Source: Octopus sinensis (taxonomy: Eukaryota). From it: a stretch of DNA of 64,000 nt. This document shows, piece after piece, positions 26,132 to 39,461 of this stretch. The notes under the pieces are model-generated. The model ran no database searches, was not told the DNA's origin, and was given only the letters and a program-made list of their open reading frames with translations. The DNA is taken from contig NC_043012.1 of the NCBI RefSeq assembly GCF_006345805.1, positions 34,348,001-34,412,000 of the forward strand, written 5' to 3'. Every line of letters starts with the position of its first letter. Position 1 is the stretch's first letter. A program made the translations under genes and the position numbers.

Positions 26132-26515
26132 GGCGGCGAGCTGGCAGAGACGTTAGCACGCCGGGCGAAATGCTTAGTGGTATTTCGTCGGCCTTTACGT
26201 TCTGAGTTCAAATTCTGCCGAGGTCGACTTTGCCTTTCATCCTTTCGGGGTCGATAAATTAAGCACCAGTTACGCACTGGGGTCAATATAATCGACTTAA
26301 TCCGTTTGTCTGTCCTTGTTTAGCTCCATGTGGGTAGTAAAGAAATAGGTATTTCGTCGGCCTTTACGTTCTGAGTTTAAATTCCGCCGAGGTCGACTCT
26401 GCCTTTCATCCTTTCGGGGTCGATAAATTAAGTACCAGTTACGCAATGGGGTCGATATAATCACCTGTCCCCCTCCCCACAAATTTCGGGTCTTGTTCCT
26501 AGATTAGAAAAGAAT
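26132..26515 (+). mobile_element. SINE family A dimer ending in an alternative tail
   Basis: Head plus two Nin cores; the final tail is ccccctccccacaaatttcggg...tagaaaag. Confidence 0.82.
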
Positions 26516-27009
26516 ATATTTGCTAACATAAGCTTAAAATGGAATATTCGAATGAAACAGATACTTATAAATAAGAGTTCACTTGTAGATGATGAGTCGA
26601 TTTCATTTTCAAGGTCAGCTACAATATTCTTCCGCCATGAACAAACAACTTCAATTTCGTTATGATAAGTTAAATTTCAACCTTGAATACTTGTCATATA
26701 TCTGGAATGAAGTCTGTGCATTCTACAACTCATTGACGCATAAATCAACAAGTAACTCCCCCACACTCCGATAACAAACCATCTGTGCTGAAATCTCTTT
26801 GACTCTTCTGCTATTTTTGACAACACTACTTTAAACCTACAACACATTTCAAGTCAACCAGGAAGTCTCTATACAGTCACTTGACCTGCTAGAAATAACA
26901 GTGATATCACAACCTAGCGCCTTAGAAATGAAGAAATTGGAAAGATGGATTGTTTACCGCTGAAATATCTTTGATCGAAGGTGTTAGATCAAGGGTGTTC
27001 TGAGCCAAT

Positions 27010-27142
27010 CCAGCAGCAGCAGCAGCAGCAGCAGCACCACCACCACCACCACCACCACCAGCAGCAGCAGCAGCAGCAGCACCACCACCACCACCACCAC
27101 CCACCGCCGCCGCCGCCGCCACCACCACCACCACCACCACCA
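27010..27142. repeat. Compound trinucleotide repeat (CAG)n(CAC)n(CCG)n
   Basis: Direct reading. Confidence 0.95.
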
Positions 27143-27720
27143 GTATCGCCACACTCTCCTTCCACTATGGAACATCTTACGAGGTACGCTTGACTTGCTA
27201 GAAATAGCAACCGAATGTCCCGTATTCCACAGTCTATTACCCTAAAAACAAGGAAAAGTTAAATAACGTTGTCCTGGGTTCTCTGAACGGCTGGTCACGG
27301 CTGGAATGACTTAGATTACAGATCTACTGAATCAAGGTTGACCTGGAGGTAAACAATAGCAATACCCCCTTCAATATATAATCGCTACTTGTTACTTCTG
27401 TGAGATGTCCCACACTATTTCGTGTAAATCCATTTTTTAAAGGAAACTGGTTTTGTAACCAAAGTTCCTTGCTGCACTTCCACCACAAGAATTATATGTT
27501 GCTGAGAAATATCCCTTTTTTACTCCAGGCGCAAAACCTGAAACTTCTTGGTGGTGGAGGGGCTAGCCGATTACATCGACTCCAGTACTTGACTGGTACT
27601 TTATTTCATCGACCACGAAAGGATAAAAGGCAAAGTGGGCCACAGTTTATCTGAACTGAGAACGTAAAGACAGACAAAATGCCGCTTAGCATATTGTCCG
27701 GCGTGTTAACGATTTCGCAA

Positions 27721-28642
27721 GTTCAAATCTCAGACCGGGCGATGTGTGTGTTTATGAGTGAAACACCTAATCTCCACGCGGCTCCGGAAGAATGTAATGG
27801 CGAAACTTCTGCTGACTCTTTCATCCTGCATCTTGCAGCTCACCTGCGACCAGCGTCCCGTCTAGGTGGGGAACCTATACGCCAAGAAACCGGAAAACCG
27901 GCCCTTATGAGCCAGGCATGGCTCGAGAAGGAACAAACAACAAACAAAACAAAGGTGTGTGGCCATATTGAGCAAGCTAAAAGCAGGGTTTCTAAATTCT
28001 GGAAATTTTGATTCAGTTTTGGTCATCCGAAATAGCCGTAAGAATGTTGCTTTGAGAAGAAAAAAGTATTGCACCCATGTCACCTGCCCTGTTTCACAGA
28101 AAAGCGTCAGCGATTATTTTAAACATTTGTCAGCGCCATAAGGGCGCCATAAGGGCGCTGACAAATATGTTTAAAATAATCGATGACGCTTTTCTGTGAA
28201 ACAGGGCAGGTGGCATGGGTGCAATACTTTTTTCTTCTCAAAGCAACATTCTTATGGCTGTTTCGGATGACCTAAACTGATCAAAATTTCCAGAATTTAG
28301 AAAACATGCTTTTAGCTTGCCACACACCTTTGTTTTGTTTGTTGTTTGTTCCTTCCCGAGCCATGCTTGGCTCATAAGGGCCGGTTTCCCGGTTTCTTGG
28401 CGTATAAGTTCCCCACCTGGACGGGACGCCGGTCCGTCGCAGGTGAGCTGCAAGATGCAGGAGGAAAGAGTGAGAGAAAGTTGTGGCGAAGGAGTCAGCA
28501 GAAGTTTGCCATTACCTTCTGCCAGAGCTGCGTGGAGCTTAGGTGTTTCATTCATAAACACACACATCGCCCGGTCTGAGATTCGAACCCGCGATCCCTC
28601 GACCGCGAGTCCGCTGCTCTAACCACTAGGTCATGTGCCTCC
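27721..28642. repeat. ~420-bp-arm inverted duplication including a SINE C at each outer end
   Basis: 27721-28137 is the reverse complement of 28154-28588; the loop contains a tandem gcgccataagg; one arm carries an internal deletion. Confidence 0.9.
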
Positions 28643-28994
28643 ACACCCACACACCTTTAGGGAATCATTTTATAGAGAAGAACTTATAATCCTTGGAGAA
28701 ATTGACGAATATATCTGTTATGATTTTGTCTACTTTTGTTCGTGTCAAAGTTTGTGGTTCGTTGGTAGCTGTTATCACACAACTGGAGAAAGGACCAAAT
28801 CGATCTACAACATACGCTCTATTGATGACAACAAATATTATATGCTGCTGTGCTGTGACAGTTCTGCAGCAGTCATTTGAAGAAGCTCAAGAATATTCTT
28901 AGTAAAATAATAATAGGGTCGCTGCTTTTGTTTTTATCGAGTCACAAACTTTCATTTTTATAGCAGAGACAAAAAAATGACTTTTGTATTGTTT

Positions 28995-29241
28995 TACTCT
29001 TTTACTTGTTTCAGTCATTTGACTGCGGTCATGCTGGAGCACCGCCTTTAGTCGAGCAAATCGACCCCAGGACTTATTCTTTGTAAGCCTAGTACTTATT
29101 CTATCGGTCTCTTTTTGCCGAACCGTTAAGTTATGGGGGACGTAAACACACTAGCGTCGGTTGTCAAGCGATGTTGGGGGGACAAACACAGGCACACACA
29201 GAGGCACACACAGACACACAGACACACAGACCACAGACACA

Positions 29242-29321
<80 letters not shown>

Positions 29322-29470
29322 TAAACATATATACGACGGACTTCTTTCAGTTTCCGTCTACCAAATCCACTCACAAGGCTTTGGTCGGCCCGAGGCTGTA
29401 GTAGAAGACACCTGCCCAAGGTGCCACACAGTGGGACTGAACCGGAACCCTGTGGTTGGTAGGCAAGCTA
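28995..29470 (-). mobile_element. SINE family B (long internal (CA)n)
   Basis: Reverse complement of the family B head and tail. Confidence 0.85.
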
Positions 29471-29949
29471 CAATTGTTCTGAAATGGTGTTATAGAAGAA
29501 AGTAATTCGCATTGGCGGAACCTTATTCTCAGATAAAAGGCATATTCCCAAATGCCAAGTTTTCATTGGAACAACGTCAAGGTAGACCTCTGTATGTCTC
29601 CACAAATTTTAGAAATTAAGTCTATTTATAACTAATGAAAGTTACGTCTCTTGGAAAAATATTTATTAATTACCTCCCTTTAAATTAAAAAACGTAGATT
29701 CTTTTAAGGGAGGTAACTCAATTCTACCTATGTCCTTGAAATATCAAATTTCCCTATTTAACTTTCCGCGCCGGGGTTGGACCTGCGATTTCTATCCCAC
29801 GATCCCACTAAACCATGTTAGAGATGTTATTTATTAGCACAAGCATGGGTCTGCTGGGAAGAAGTTCGCCTCAGGTTCGCGTGCTTTTGGATTCAGTGCC
29901 ACATCCCATCAGTTTGAGCTCAGTTTGGGATTATTATAGAAACTGCTAT

Positions 29950-29995
<46 letters not shown>

Positions 29996-30460
29996 GCTTA
30001 GCGGTATTTCGTCTGCTGCTACGTTCTAAGTTCGAATTCCGGCGAGGTCGACTGTCGACTTTGCCTTCATCTTTCGGGGTCGATTAAATAAGTACCAGTT
30101 ACGCACTGGGGTCGATATAATCGATTTAATCCGTTGTCTGTCCTTGTTTGTCCCCTCTATGTTTAGCCCCTTGTGGGTAGTAAAGGAATATATATATATA
30201 TATAAGTTGTTTATTATGGCTGGTGAGAGAATAACCAAACAAACCAACCGGTGCTGGTTTGTTTGTGTTACCGCAACTTGAAAAGAATGTATACTAGGGT
30301 CGATTTGACTGACCAAACCCTTTAAGGCGCTGCCCCAGTATGGTCGTGGTCCAGCACCTGAAACAAGTAAAAGAATAAAAAGACAGCAATGAGAGAAGGC
30401 AGTGAAGCCATGGGTTTCTGTTTTCCGTTATTAATGTTGTTGTTGTTAATACTGTAGTAT

Positions 30461-30617
30461 TAGGAATGGCTGTGTGGTAAGTAGCTTGCTTACTAACCAC
30501 ATGGTTCCAGGTTCAGTCCCACTGCGTGGCACCTTGGGCAAGTGTCGTCTACTATAGCCTCAGGCCGACCAAAGCCTTGTGAGTGGATTGGTAGACGGAA
30601 ACTGAAAGAAGCCCATC

Positions 30618-30676
<59 letters not shown>

Positions 30677-30837
30677 GTGTGTGTGTGTCTGTGTTCGACC
30701 CCCAACATCGCTTGACAACCGATGCTGGTATGTTTACGTCCCCGTAACTTAACCTTTCAGCAAAAAGAGACTGATAGAATAAGTACTAGGCTTACAACGA
30801 ATAAGTCCTGGGGTCGATTTGCTCAACTAAAGGCGGA
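30461..30837 (+). mobile_element. SINE family B
   Basis: Family B head, (TA)n(TG)n tract and tail. Confidence 0.85.
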
Positions 30838-31000
30838 ACTTATTTTATCGATTCTGAGAGGTAAGTCAACCTCAGCAGAATTTGAACTCAGAACTTAAAG
30901 ATAGATGAAATGCCTCTAAGTTGCTTTGTCCAGCGTGCTATCAGTTCTGCCAGTTCGCTGCCTTACAACTAATTAACAACTAATTAATATATTTCTATTG

Positions 31001-31325
31001 TTTCGATTCCCAGACCGGGCGTTGTGAGTGTTTATTGAGCGAAAACACCTAAAGCTCCACGAGGCTCCGGCAGGGATGGTGGTGATCCCTGCTGTACTCT
31101 TTCACCACAACTTTCTCTCACTCTTACTTCCTGTTTCTGTTGTACCTGTATTTCAAAGGGCCGGCCTTGTCCCTCTCTGTGTCACGCTGGATATCCCCGA
31201 GAACTACGTTAAGGGTACACGTGTCTGTGGAGTGCTCAGCCACTTACACGTTAATTTCACGAGCAGGCTGTTCCGTTGATCGGATCAACCGGAACCCTCG
31301 TCGTCGTAACCGACGGAGTGCTTCC
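31001..31325 (+). mobile_element. SINE family C, 5'-truncated, distinct tail
   Basis: gtttcgattcccagaccgggcgttgtgagtg... with tail ...gttccgttgatcggatcaaccggaaccctcg. Confidence 0.8.
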
Positions 31326-31396
31326 ATCCATATTTCTATTGAAGGGGACGAGCTGGAAGAATCGTTAGCACGCCGGGCAAAATCCAAAGCAGCTTT

Positions 31397-31496
31397 NNNN
31401 NNNNNNNNNNNNNNNNNNNNNNNNNNNNNNNNNNNNNNNNNNNNNNNNNNNNNNNNNNNNNNNNNNNNNNNNNNNNNNNNNNNNNNNNNNNNNNNN
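31397..31496. other. Assembly gap (100 N)
   Basis: Exactly 100 N, typical of an unknown-size placeholder. Confidence 0.99.
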
Positions 31497-31830
31497 GGTT
31501 CAAATGGCACTGCATGAGGAGTGGGGCCCATGCAGCCATTTCATCTTTCATTGATATATAATATTCATGCTCATTCGTTCTATGTTTATTGTCCCCACTG
31601 TGGTGTTGTGTCTGTCCTTGTAGTGTCCCCCTCTGTGTTAGTGGCCTGAGTGCCAAAATAAAGAAAGAATGCGTGTGTGTGTCTGTGTGTGCGTGTGTAT
31701 GCGTGCACGTGTATAAGAGAAGGTGTTGAGTGTGTGAGCGTGTATTTGTGTGTATATATGTATGCACATCTGCGTGTGACTCTGTGTGACAGTGTATGTG
31801 CTTGTGTGAATGTGCGTATGTGTGTGCGTG

Positions 31831-31872
<42 letters not shown>

Positions 31873-31985
31873 TGCGTATGTGTGTGCGTGCATGTGTGTG
31901 TGTGTGTGTGGTGTGTGTGTGTGTGTGTGTGTGTGGGATGTGTGTGTGTGTGTGTGCGCGCGTGTTTGTGTGCGTGTGTATGTGT

Positions 31986-32415
31986 AAAATATCGTAATTT
32001 CTCGGATTAATTTCTTCTACGACTAGATTCTCTGCAATAAAACTTTGTCCAAAATGGTGGACATTACTTGTTTATATTTCCCTTTATTTTTCATTTTCTA
32101 TTTTCCCTCCATCAAGCATTTTCTATTTTACTTGATGGGACAAAACTTTATTGACAAACAAAAACGAATTATTGAGATCTGACCATTGTGGTGTTGGTGT
32201 TTATTGGAATTAATAGACTCCTCCATATTATTCGATGTTGTCAGTAAAAGAGAAAACCAGCTGGTTCCTTCATTTTGTTCCATATTAACCAAGTTTATAG
32301 TGAATGCTACGGTATTTTAGTAAAGAAATAACAGCTTCAGACTTCATTCCGTCCTCAAAAATATATCCACTCTTCGACATTTTCTCATTAAGAGTTTCCT
32401 TCGGTTTTCATTGAG
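31986..32415 (-). repeat. Unclassified ~430-bp dispersed repeat, copy 2 (inverted)
   Basis: Reverse complement of 368-795, e.g. gactagattctctgcaataaaactttg. Confidence 0.8.
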
Positions 32416-32441
32416 TTGTTTTTCAGCGATTATTTCCCTCA

Positions 32442-32539
<98 letters not shown>

Positions 32540-32980
32540 GCTCTGTATATGTATGTATATCTTTATGTGTATGTATGTATGTATGTATGTATGTATATAT
32601 GTGTGTGTATGTATGTATGTATGTATATATGTATGTATGTATCGATCGATCGATCAATCGCTTGGCCGATATATCTGTTCTGTTTGTTGAGTTGCTTGTT
32701 TGTTTGTTTGTGTGTGCGTATGTGCGTGTGTGTGTTCTCTCTCACTTTCGCCATCCCCCTCTCTCTTCTGTCTGTCCCTGTCTGTAGTCTGTCTCCCTCT
32801 CCCTCTCTCTCACTCTGTTTCTGTCTATCCATGTGATTCTCATTTTTACTGTCACTGCTTTCAAAACAAACATTCTGGTTTCAAATAAAAAGAAAAAGTT
32901 ACGATACCGAAGTCGAAACCCCAGAAGCAGGTTTGATCTGAATTGAACATATATGTGCGCACACACACACACACACCACA

Positions 32981-33028
<48 letters not shown>

Positions 33029-33399
33029 ACATTGTGTGAGGCCCTAATAAAATGGTTGATCTAATCAACTGAAGTATCAATAAATATTCAAGATGACAGT
33101 TATCCAAAGTTCGTTCAAATTATTCAAATTAGTGTTCAATTTTTTACTTGCTTCGAGGCATCGCCTCGAAGGGTTTAGCATAGCAAATCATCTCCAGTAC
33201 TTATTTTAAAGACTGGTACTTCTTCAATTTGTCTCTTTTCCGAACCGCTAAGATACGTAGACGTAAACAAATCAACACCAGTTGTCAAGGGGTGGTGGTG
33301 GTGGTGAACAAACACAGGCACAAAGGCGCACGTTTGCACACACACACACACATCATTTAATATACACAGCATAAACACACGAGCTACAAATAATGAATT

Positions 33400-34850
33400 G
33401 CTTTCGAGACTCTGGTCTATGCAGGTTTATATTTTCTTATATATTTCCAATGTTCTATTCGTGCAATTTTTCGTTATTAGCAGGAAGTCATCTCTATATA
33501 ATCCACCCTCCAATTGAAGATTTTCCAATTGGAGTTCTGCTTATAAGTAAATCCCTACTAGGTCTGTAACCTGAGCGGAATCCGATGCTCCCATGAGGAT
33601 ATAAAAAATCCCTGGTGTCTTTTCTATCCAACAATTTATTATTATACCTGATAAACGATTTTATGGTCATTTTTACTACATTAACTTCATCCTTGGTCAT
33701 TCTCACCTTATTCATTGCATTTATTAGGGCCTTATTAAGTACAATTTTATTAATAGATGAATAATAATCATCTATGTCTACTTGAATGAATTTGTGACTA
33801 TTACAGTCTTTAACATTTTAAAACCATTTTAAAGTATTATTAGTGCTAGTCCAGAGTTTTAGGCAATTCAGATTATTTAGTTTATTATTATATTTATCTA
33901 AGATTAATTTACTTAATTTCCTTAAATCTGATTTACTGGAGCATATGAGTCTAACTAGGGACCGAGTAAAAATTGTCTTTATGGTCCTTCAAAGTAATTC
34001 TAGGGTGCTTTGGTACATAAGGTTCTGTTTTATTGTCTATCTCGTATTTTTCCATGATTAACCTAGAGGCTTTATCAATATTATAAATATTATTTTCCGA
34101 GACAGTTTTATATTTTTCATTTATTTCCTTTCCCAAAAGGTTATCATATAATTTCGTATCTAAAACTCATACATGTTGCCAGTTTTATCTGATTGTACTA
34201 CGATTCCTTCAATATTCCTCATTTCTTTTATTTTGGTTGCTAAATATCTTAAATATTCGTTGTGTCTGTTTGGATATTTTAAAAATTAAATGTTTTTAAC
34301 CACCTTCCAAATTTTGCCTTCTAGAGTCTGAATTTCCCTATTATATTGTAGATTTAAAAGTTTTAAGTATTTTAAGTCTTCAATAAATAATATACTTTAG
34401 GTACACCTTCTCCTTCGATAACTTCGTTATTATTACAGTAAATATAATACATATTTATCTCTGGGTAATGGACGCCATATTTATCAGGTGACTTTTCAGT
34501 ATAAATGCTAAAGTAAGCTTATTTCGGTTTAATCTTTAGTAATTCGCCGGCAGATAAGTCAAGTTTTTAAATTTTATTCTAAACAATATCGACATACGTC
34601 TTTTATTAACTTTATACACTAACACGTATTTACATTTATTTACATTCTCCATAATTAATCATGTTCACAATAATACTCTATTTGAATTTTTTAATTCGTA
34701 ACTTTTATTGTCTTTAACTTAGGGATTACATTGCAGGTTTTGTTTCTTTATATATATATATATTTATTCCTTATTATTTTCTTATTATTTTATTATCTTA
34801 TTATTTTTTTTATTCCTTATCATATTATGAGGTAAGTTAAACGTTTAGTT
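33400..34850 (-). mobile_element. Penelope-like element (Naiad-type) RT remnant
   Basis: Minus-strand fragments in the expected order: VVQSDKTGNMY, PRITLKDHKDNF, RLICSSKSDL, FIQVDIDDYYSSI, LMGASDSAQVTDLVGIYL, GLYRDDFL; many stops and frameshifts. Confidence 0.85.
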
Positions 34851-35230
34851 TTTAGGTTTTTTTTTTAGGAATTTGATCTGAGGAGTAAAATCATTTTCCC
34901 GTTCTAATGAACTTGGATATGGTTTCTTATAGTTAGAAGACGCTTTCCTGACGAAATCCTACAATGCTGAAATGTGCAAAGCTATCATCAGTACGGAAGA
35001 TTAAATATCTCTCTTCTGCATGATATACTGAATTAATTTAGATTAATTATAATGGCTGGGTTGTTTCCCTTGTATTTTTGGTCAGAATTAGTAGATAGGG
35101 ACGGCGAATTGTTGAATTGTTTTCCTTCATAGGTCTGCTTGATGAGAGACGACGTGGACATAACAAGAAGAAGATGAAGAAGAAGAAGAACAACAACAAC
35201 AACAGTAAGGACAATAGCATCAACAACAGT

Positions 35231-35647
35231 GGAGGCGCAATGGCCCAATGGTTAGGGCAGCGGACTCGCGATCGGAGGATCGCGGTTTCGATTCGCACAC
35301 CGGGCGTTGTGTGTGTTTATTGAGCGAAAACACCTAAAAGCTCCACGAGGCTCCGGCAGGGTGATGGTGGTGGCGACCCCTGTTGTACTCTTTCGCTCCA
35401 ACTTTCTCTCACTCTTTCTTCCTTCTTCTTGTACTCGACTTCCTATGCAACTACTGAGCCTGGATGCGCATCCATCCATCCGTCGATGCTCTCGGTGCCG
35501 GGGGTTGACCTGCTTTCTCTCTTCTGCGGGTCTTACGAATAGCAAAGGACCACGTTTCGGACTTCTCCCATCTTGCGAGCTCTGGGACGAAGACCGTTCG
35601 CTCAACAGCAACAGCAACAGCAGCAACAACAGCAACAGCAACAACAC
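35231..35647 (+). mobile_element. SINE family C with (CAACAG)n tail
   Basis: Family C head at 35231; body matches the minus-strand partial copy at 37565-37770. Confidence 0.85.
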
Positions 35648-36751
35648 GCATCAGTCTAGTTAATGCAATAAAGTAAAGTGTTAATAGATACATATTTCTA
35701 GTTTGAAGATAACTCATTTAAGAAGAAGCCTTGCAAGAGTATAACATGTACTTTTGCGTCAACACAGCAATGACCAATGAAAATACAGGACGATAAACAA
35801 TTCTGACTGACTGATGTGAAATAAATACGATGCGAAACAATTGACACAGATTGCTTCAAGGGATAAAACGAAAGAAAAATATTCCTTTAGAAAAAATATC
35901 AGATTAAGATAATTCCCTTCATAAAACTTTATTATATTAACTTAGACATAGAAGCTCACATACGCACGTAAACATATACACTTACCTACCTACCTACCTA
36001 CCTACATATGATATATATATGTATGTAAATATGCACGTTTATTTGCATATATACACTCATAATACATTCATAAATATTTACATACATACACACATATACA
36101 TATGAACATATGTATACTCATACATACATACATACATACATACACGCATACATACATACACGCATACATACATACACGCATACATACATACATACATACA
36201 TACATACACACATACACGCATACATACATACAACATACATACATACATACATACATACATACATACACACATACACGCATACATACATACATACACACAT
36301 ACACGCATACATACATACATACATACATACATACATACATACATACATACATGCATGCATACATACATACATATACATATACACACGTACGTCACGGCGT
36401 CGAAAAGTTCGTAGCAATAATCAAACAGTGAAATACATATTACTTGGAAAATTAATTTACATACATCATGGCGACGAAAGTACCCGGAGTCAGCTGTGGC
36501 AGATTGCGGAATTATCGAGAAAAATTCCTGTGGACTTTCAAACTGAACTAAGACCTATGCCAGTTCTACAGAAAAGCTAGGGAAGATCCCTCGATGGGCT
36601 ACATGAAGCGACCTAAAGAATATTGTGGTAAGAAATACCTAAATTTCTTAAATTTTTCAGAGTAACAATTATGCCAGCATGCTACATTTGTTGAAAAGAA
36701 ATATGCCACCCTACCACGCGAAACCCCTAATCCGGAATGCACAAAAGATAA

Positions 36752-38561
36752 CACTGGGGAACAAATTTCAATTTTTGTCAAATTAGATTTGACAGTGATT
36801 TGTGTAATTTAGAAATTTGGGTTCGCGGAGCACGAATTTTTAGTCGGTTTTGCTCTATCAGGTCCTAATTTTGTTATATATGTAGACATTTCACATTTCC
36901 ACATAACTGATTTCTTAAAAAGAGCTTACTTAGGTTATTTTGGGCATAAGAACATTATTTCAAATAAATCTGGCCAGCATGAACATCACTTACTGTCGGA
37001 GAAAAAAAAGAAAACGTAATTAATCCACCTTTAGTGACGAGAGAGAAAATCTTATCACCTTCTCTGAATTAAGAAACTAGGCCTCATTATACGATATGTA
37101 AAAGATTCAGATACGAACGGCGAGTGTCTCAAATACATAACTTCAAAATTTCTAAGTTTCAGTTATGAAAAAATCAAGGCGGGTACTTTCGGCGGTTCAC
37201 AAATAAGAACACAAATTAAAGACTGCAATTTTCTTAATGCTATAAATTTCGCGAAAAAATGCCTGGTTCTCATTCGTGGACTCAATAAGAAAACTTTTTA
37301 GGCAATTATAGGGCAGATAACTACGAAGAAATCGTAAAAAAATAAACTTTTAAGGGACTACAAAGTGTTAGGTTGTAATATGAGCGTTTTTACGCTGATA
37401 TTTACAACCTAACAATGCATCATTGCATCATTTGAATAGCCATCTCGACCAATTTCCAAATAATTTAGGCGCTGTAAGTGACCAACAAGTTGAAAGATTC
37501 TACAAAGGTATGAAAATTATGGAGGAACGGTACCAAGGCTGCAGGGATTCCCACATGATGGCTGATTACTGTTGGTGCTGCTGTTGCTGTTGCTGCTGTT
37601 GAGCGAACGGTCTTCGCCCCAGAGCTCGCAAATGGGAGAAGTCCGAAACGTGGTCCTTTGCTATTTGTAAGACCCACAGAAGAGAAAGCAGGTCAACCCC
37701 CGACACCGAGAGCATCGAAAATGTATGAATGCGCATCCAGGCTCAGCGGTTGCGTAGGAAGTCGGGGTACTGTTGGAACCTGAAAAGAGACCTGCCATCA
37801 ACAAGCAAATACGCTAGAAAGTCTTATAAAAGAACATTTTTGCCAGAGTGAAAGCTTCATATCTCTTATTTTATTTTAAGCCATTTCTATTGTTATAATG
37901 TAATTTTATAGTAGTTTGAACTGCTTGTATTCATGAAACTTGAAAATAAATTTGAACACATGACTTATTTTTAGTCCTAATTTGAAAAATCTGGAAAATG
38001 ACGCATAGGCCGTTGACCAGAATCAGAACCTAATAGAGCCGAATTGAGTTGAAATTCATATTCAACGCATCCAAAAATTACTTAGAATCAAGTGTCATAT
38101 ACCTGTTTCTTTATTACCCACAAGGGGCTAAACACAGAGAGGACAAACAGGGACAGACCAAGGGATCAAGTCGATTACATCGATCCCAGTGTGTAACTAG
38201 TGCTTAGTTTATTGACCCCGAAAGGATGAAAGGTAAAGTCGACCTCGGCGGAATTTGAACGCAGAACGTAGCGGCAGACGAAATAACTATTTCTTTACTA
38301 CCCACAAAGGGCTAAACACAGAGAAGAAAAACAAGGACAGACAAACGGATCAAGTCGATTATATCGACCCCAGTGCATAACTGGTACTTAATTTATCGAT
38401 CCCGAAAGGATGAAAGGCAAAGTCGACCTCGGCGGAATTTGAACTCAGAACGTAACGGCAGACGAAATACGGCTACGCATTTCGTCCGTCGTGCTAACGT
38501 TTCTGCCAGCTCGCCGCCTTCTCAAGTATTTTATATCATTAAATAAAATGTGTCCCCAGCG
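36752..38561 (+). mobile_element. Chapaev3-like (CMC superfamily) DNA transposon remnant with nested SINEs
   Basis: TIRs cactggggaacaaatt / aatgtgtccccagcg; 3-bp TSD TAA. Transposase remnants resembling LV.REKIL.P.L.IKLGL, GCNMS, PNNLGAVSDQQVERFY...MEERYQG...MMADYCW. Confidence 0.8.
38107..38520 (-). mobile_element. SINE family A dimer
   Basis: Two tandem units plus a head on the minus strand. Confidence 0.87.
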
Positions 38562-38764
38562 TAATACTTGTATTAACAACACAATAAACGTTTTTTCCGT
38601 GAAGAGACTGTGAATGACAAGAACAAAACCAACACGAGCACAAGAATAACAAACCCCCGCCCTGACTACACAGACTTGTGGCAACCATTTATGATCTCAC
38701 GCAAAGAAGTGAGGAATATAAAATACTAAAATCACAGCTTGCATCGAAGTTTGAGCAGAACTTC

Positions 38765-39157
38765 ACAACTTGTATACAGAGGCAGACGTGGTTCCGGGAT
38801 CAGTCCCATTGCTTGGCACTATGGGCAACTACTATAGCCTTGGGCCGACCAAAGCCTTCTGAGTGGATTTGGTAGACGGAAACTGAAAGAAGCCCGTCAC
38901 ATATATTTATATGTGCCCGTATAACTATGTGTGTATGTTTTTGTGTTTGTGTTTGTCTCGCCACCACCGCTTGACAACCGGTGTTGTTGTGTTTGCGTCC
39001 CCGTAACTTAGCGGTTCAGCACAAGAGACCGATAGAATTAGTACCAGGCTTTAAAAAAAAACAAGTCCTGGGGTCCATTATTTCGACTAAAAAATTCAAG
39101 GTGGTACCCCAGTATGACAGCAGTCTAATGACTGAAACAAATAAAAGAATAAAAGAT
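38765..39157 (+). mobile_element. SINE family B (older copy, short internal tract)
   Basis: Diverged family B head and tail. Confidence 0.78.
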
Positions 39158-39461
39158 TATAAGGATGGACATTCATTACCGAATCAGATCTGATGTAGCG
39201 TTCGTTAATCATCGCCACGACCATCGCCACTGCAACAAGCGTAAACAAAGGAAAGCAGTTCTGCGTTGTAGACATTGGTACACTAGGCTTGGGAAAACAA
39301 AAATGGAAGATCAGATTGTTCATAGATTTTTTTTCGATCTAAAGTGAATGGGGGTTTCTTCAGCAGCAGCAACAACAGATATAACAACCAATATTATTTT
39401 CGTATATCATCACTATCACATTCAATATAACAATCACGAATAGTTGCTTTTTTTTACGATG

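Noticed and set aside
26981-27193. PolyQ/polyH/polyP ORF resembling a transcription-factor N-terminus, with a gag|gtacgc donor
   Set aside because: GTG start just after a stop, weak acceptor, and no DNA-binding-domain exon found in the window. The 3' part runs into a dispersed repeat (ttgac(c/t)tgctagaaata occurs twice here, with related remnants at ~6000 and ~51900).
28660-28902. Unique island with 69-81 aa ORFs and splice-like signals on both strands
   Set aside because: The minus-strand exon has stops in all frames; the plus-strand ORFs have non-ATG starts and no recognisable motif.
31330-31660. Apparent novel SINE spanning the gap
   Set aside because: The 100-N gap is of unknown size, so continuity cannot be assumed.
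34930-35000. CTGATGA...GAAA and CTGACGA...GAAA motifs upstream of the Naiad ORF
   Set aside because: I could not form stems I and II on either strand; at best a decayed hammerhead.
35231-35310. tRNA-like sequences at SINE heads
   Set aside because: A/B boxes continue into SINE bodies with TSDs and lack a closed acceptor stem; these are not tRNA genes.
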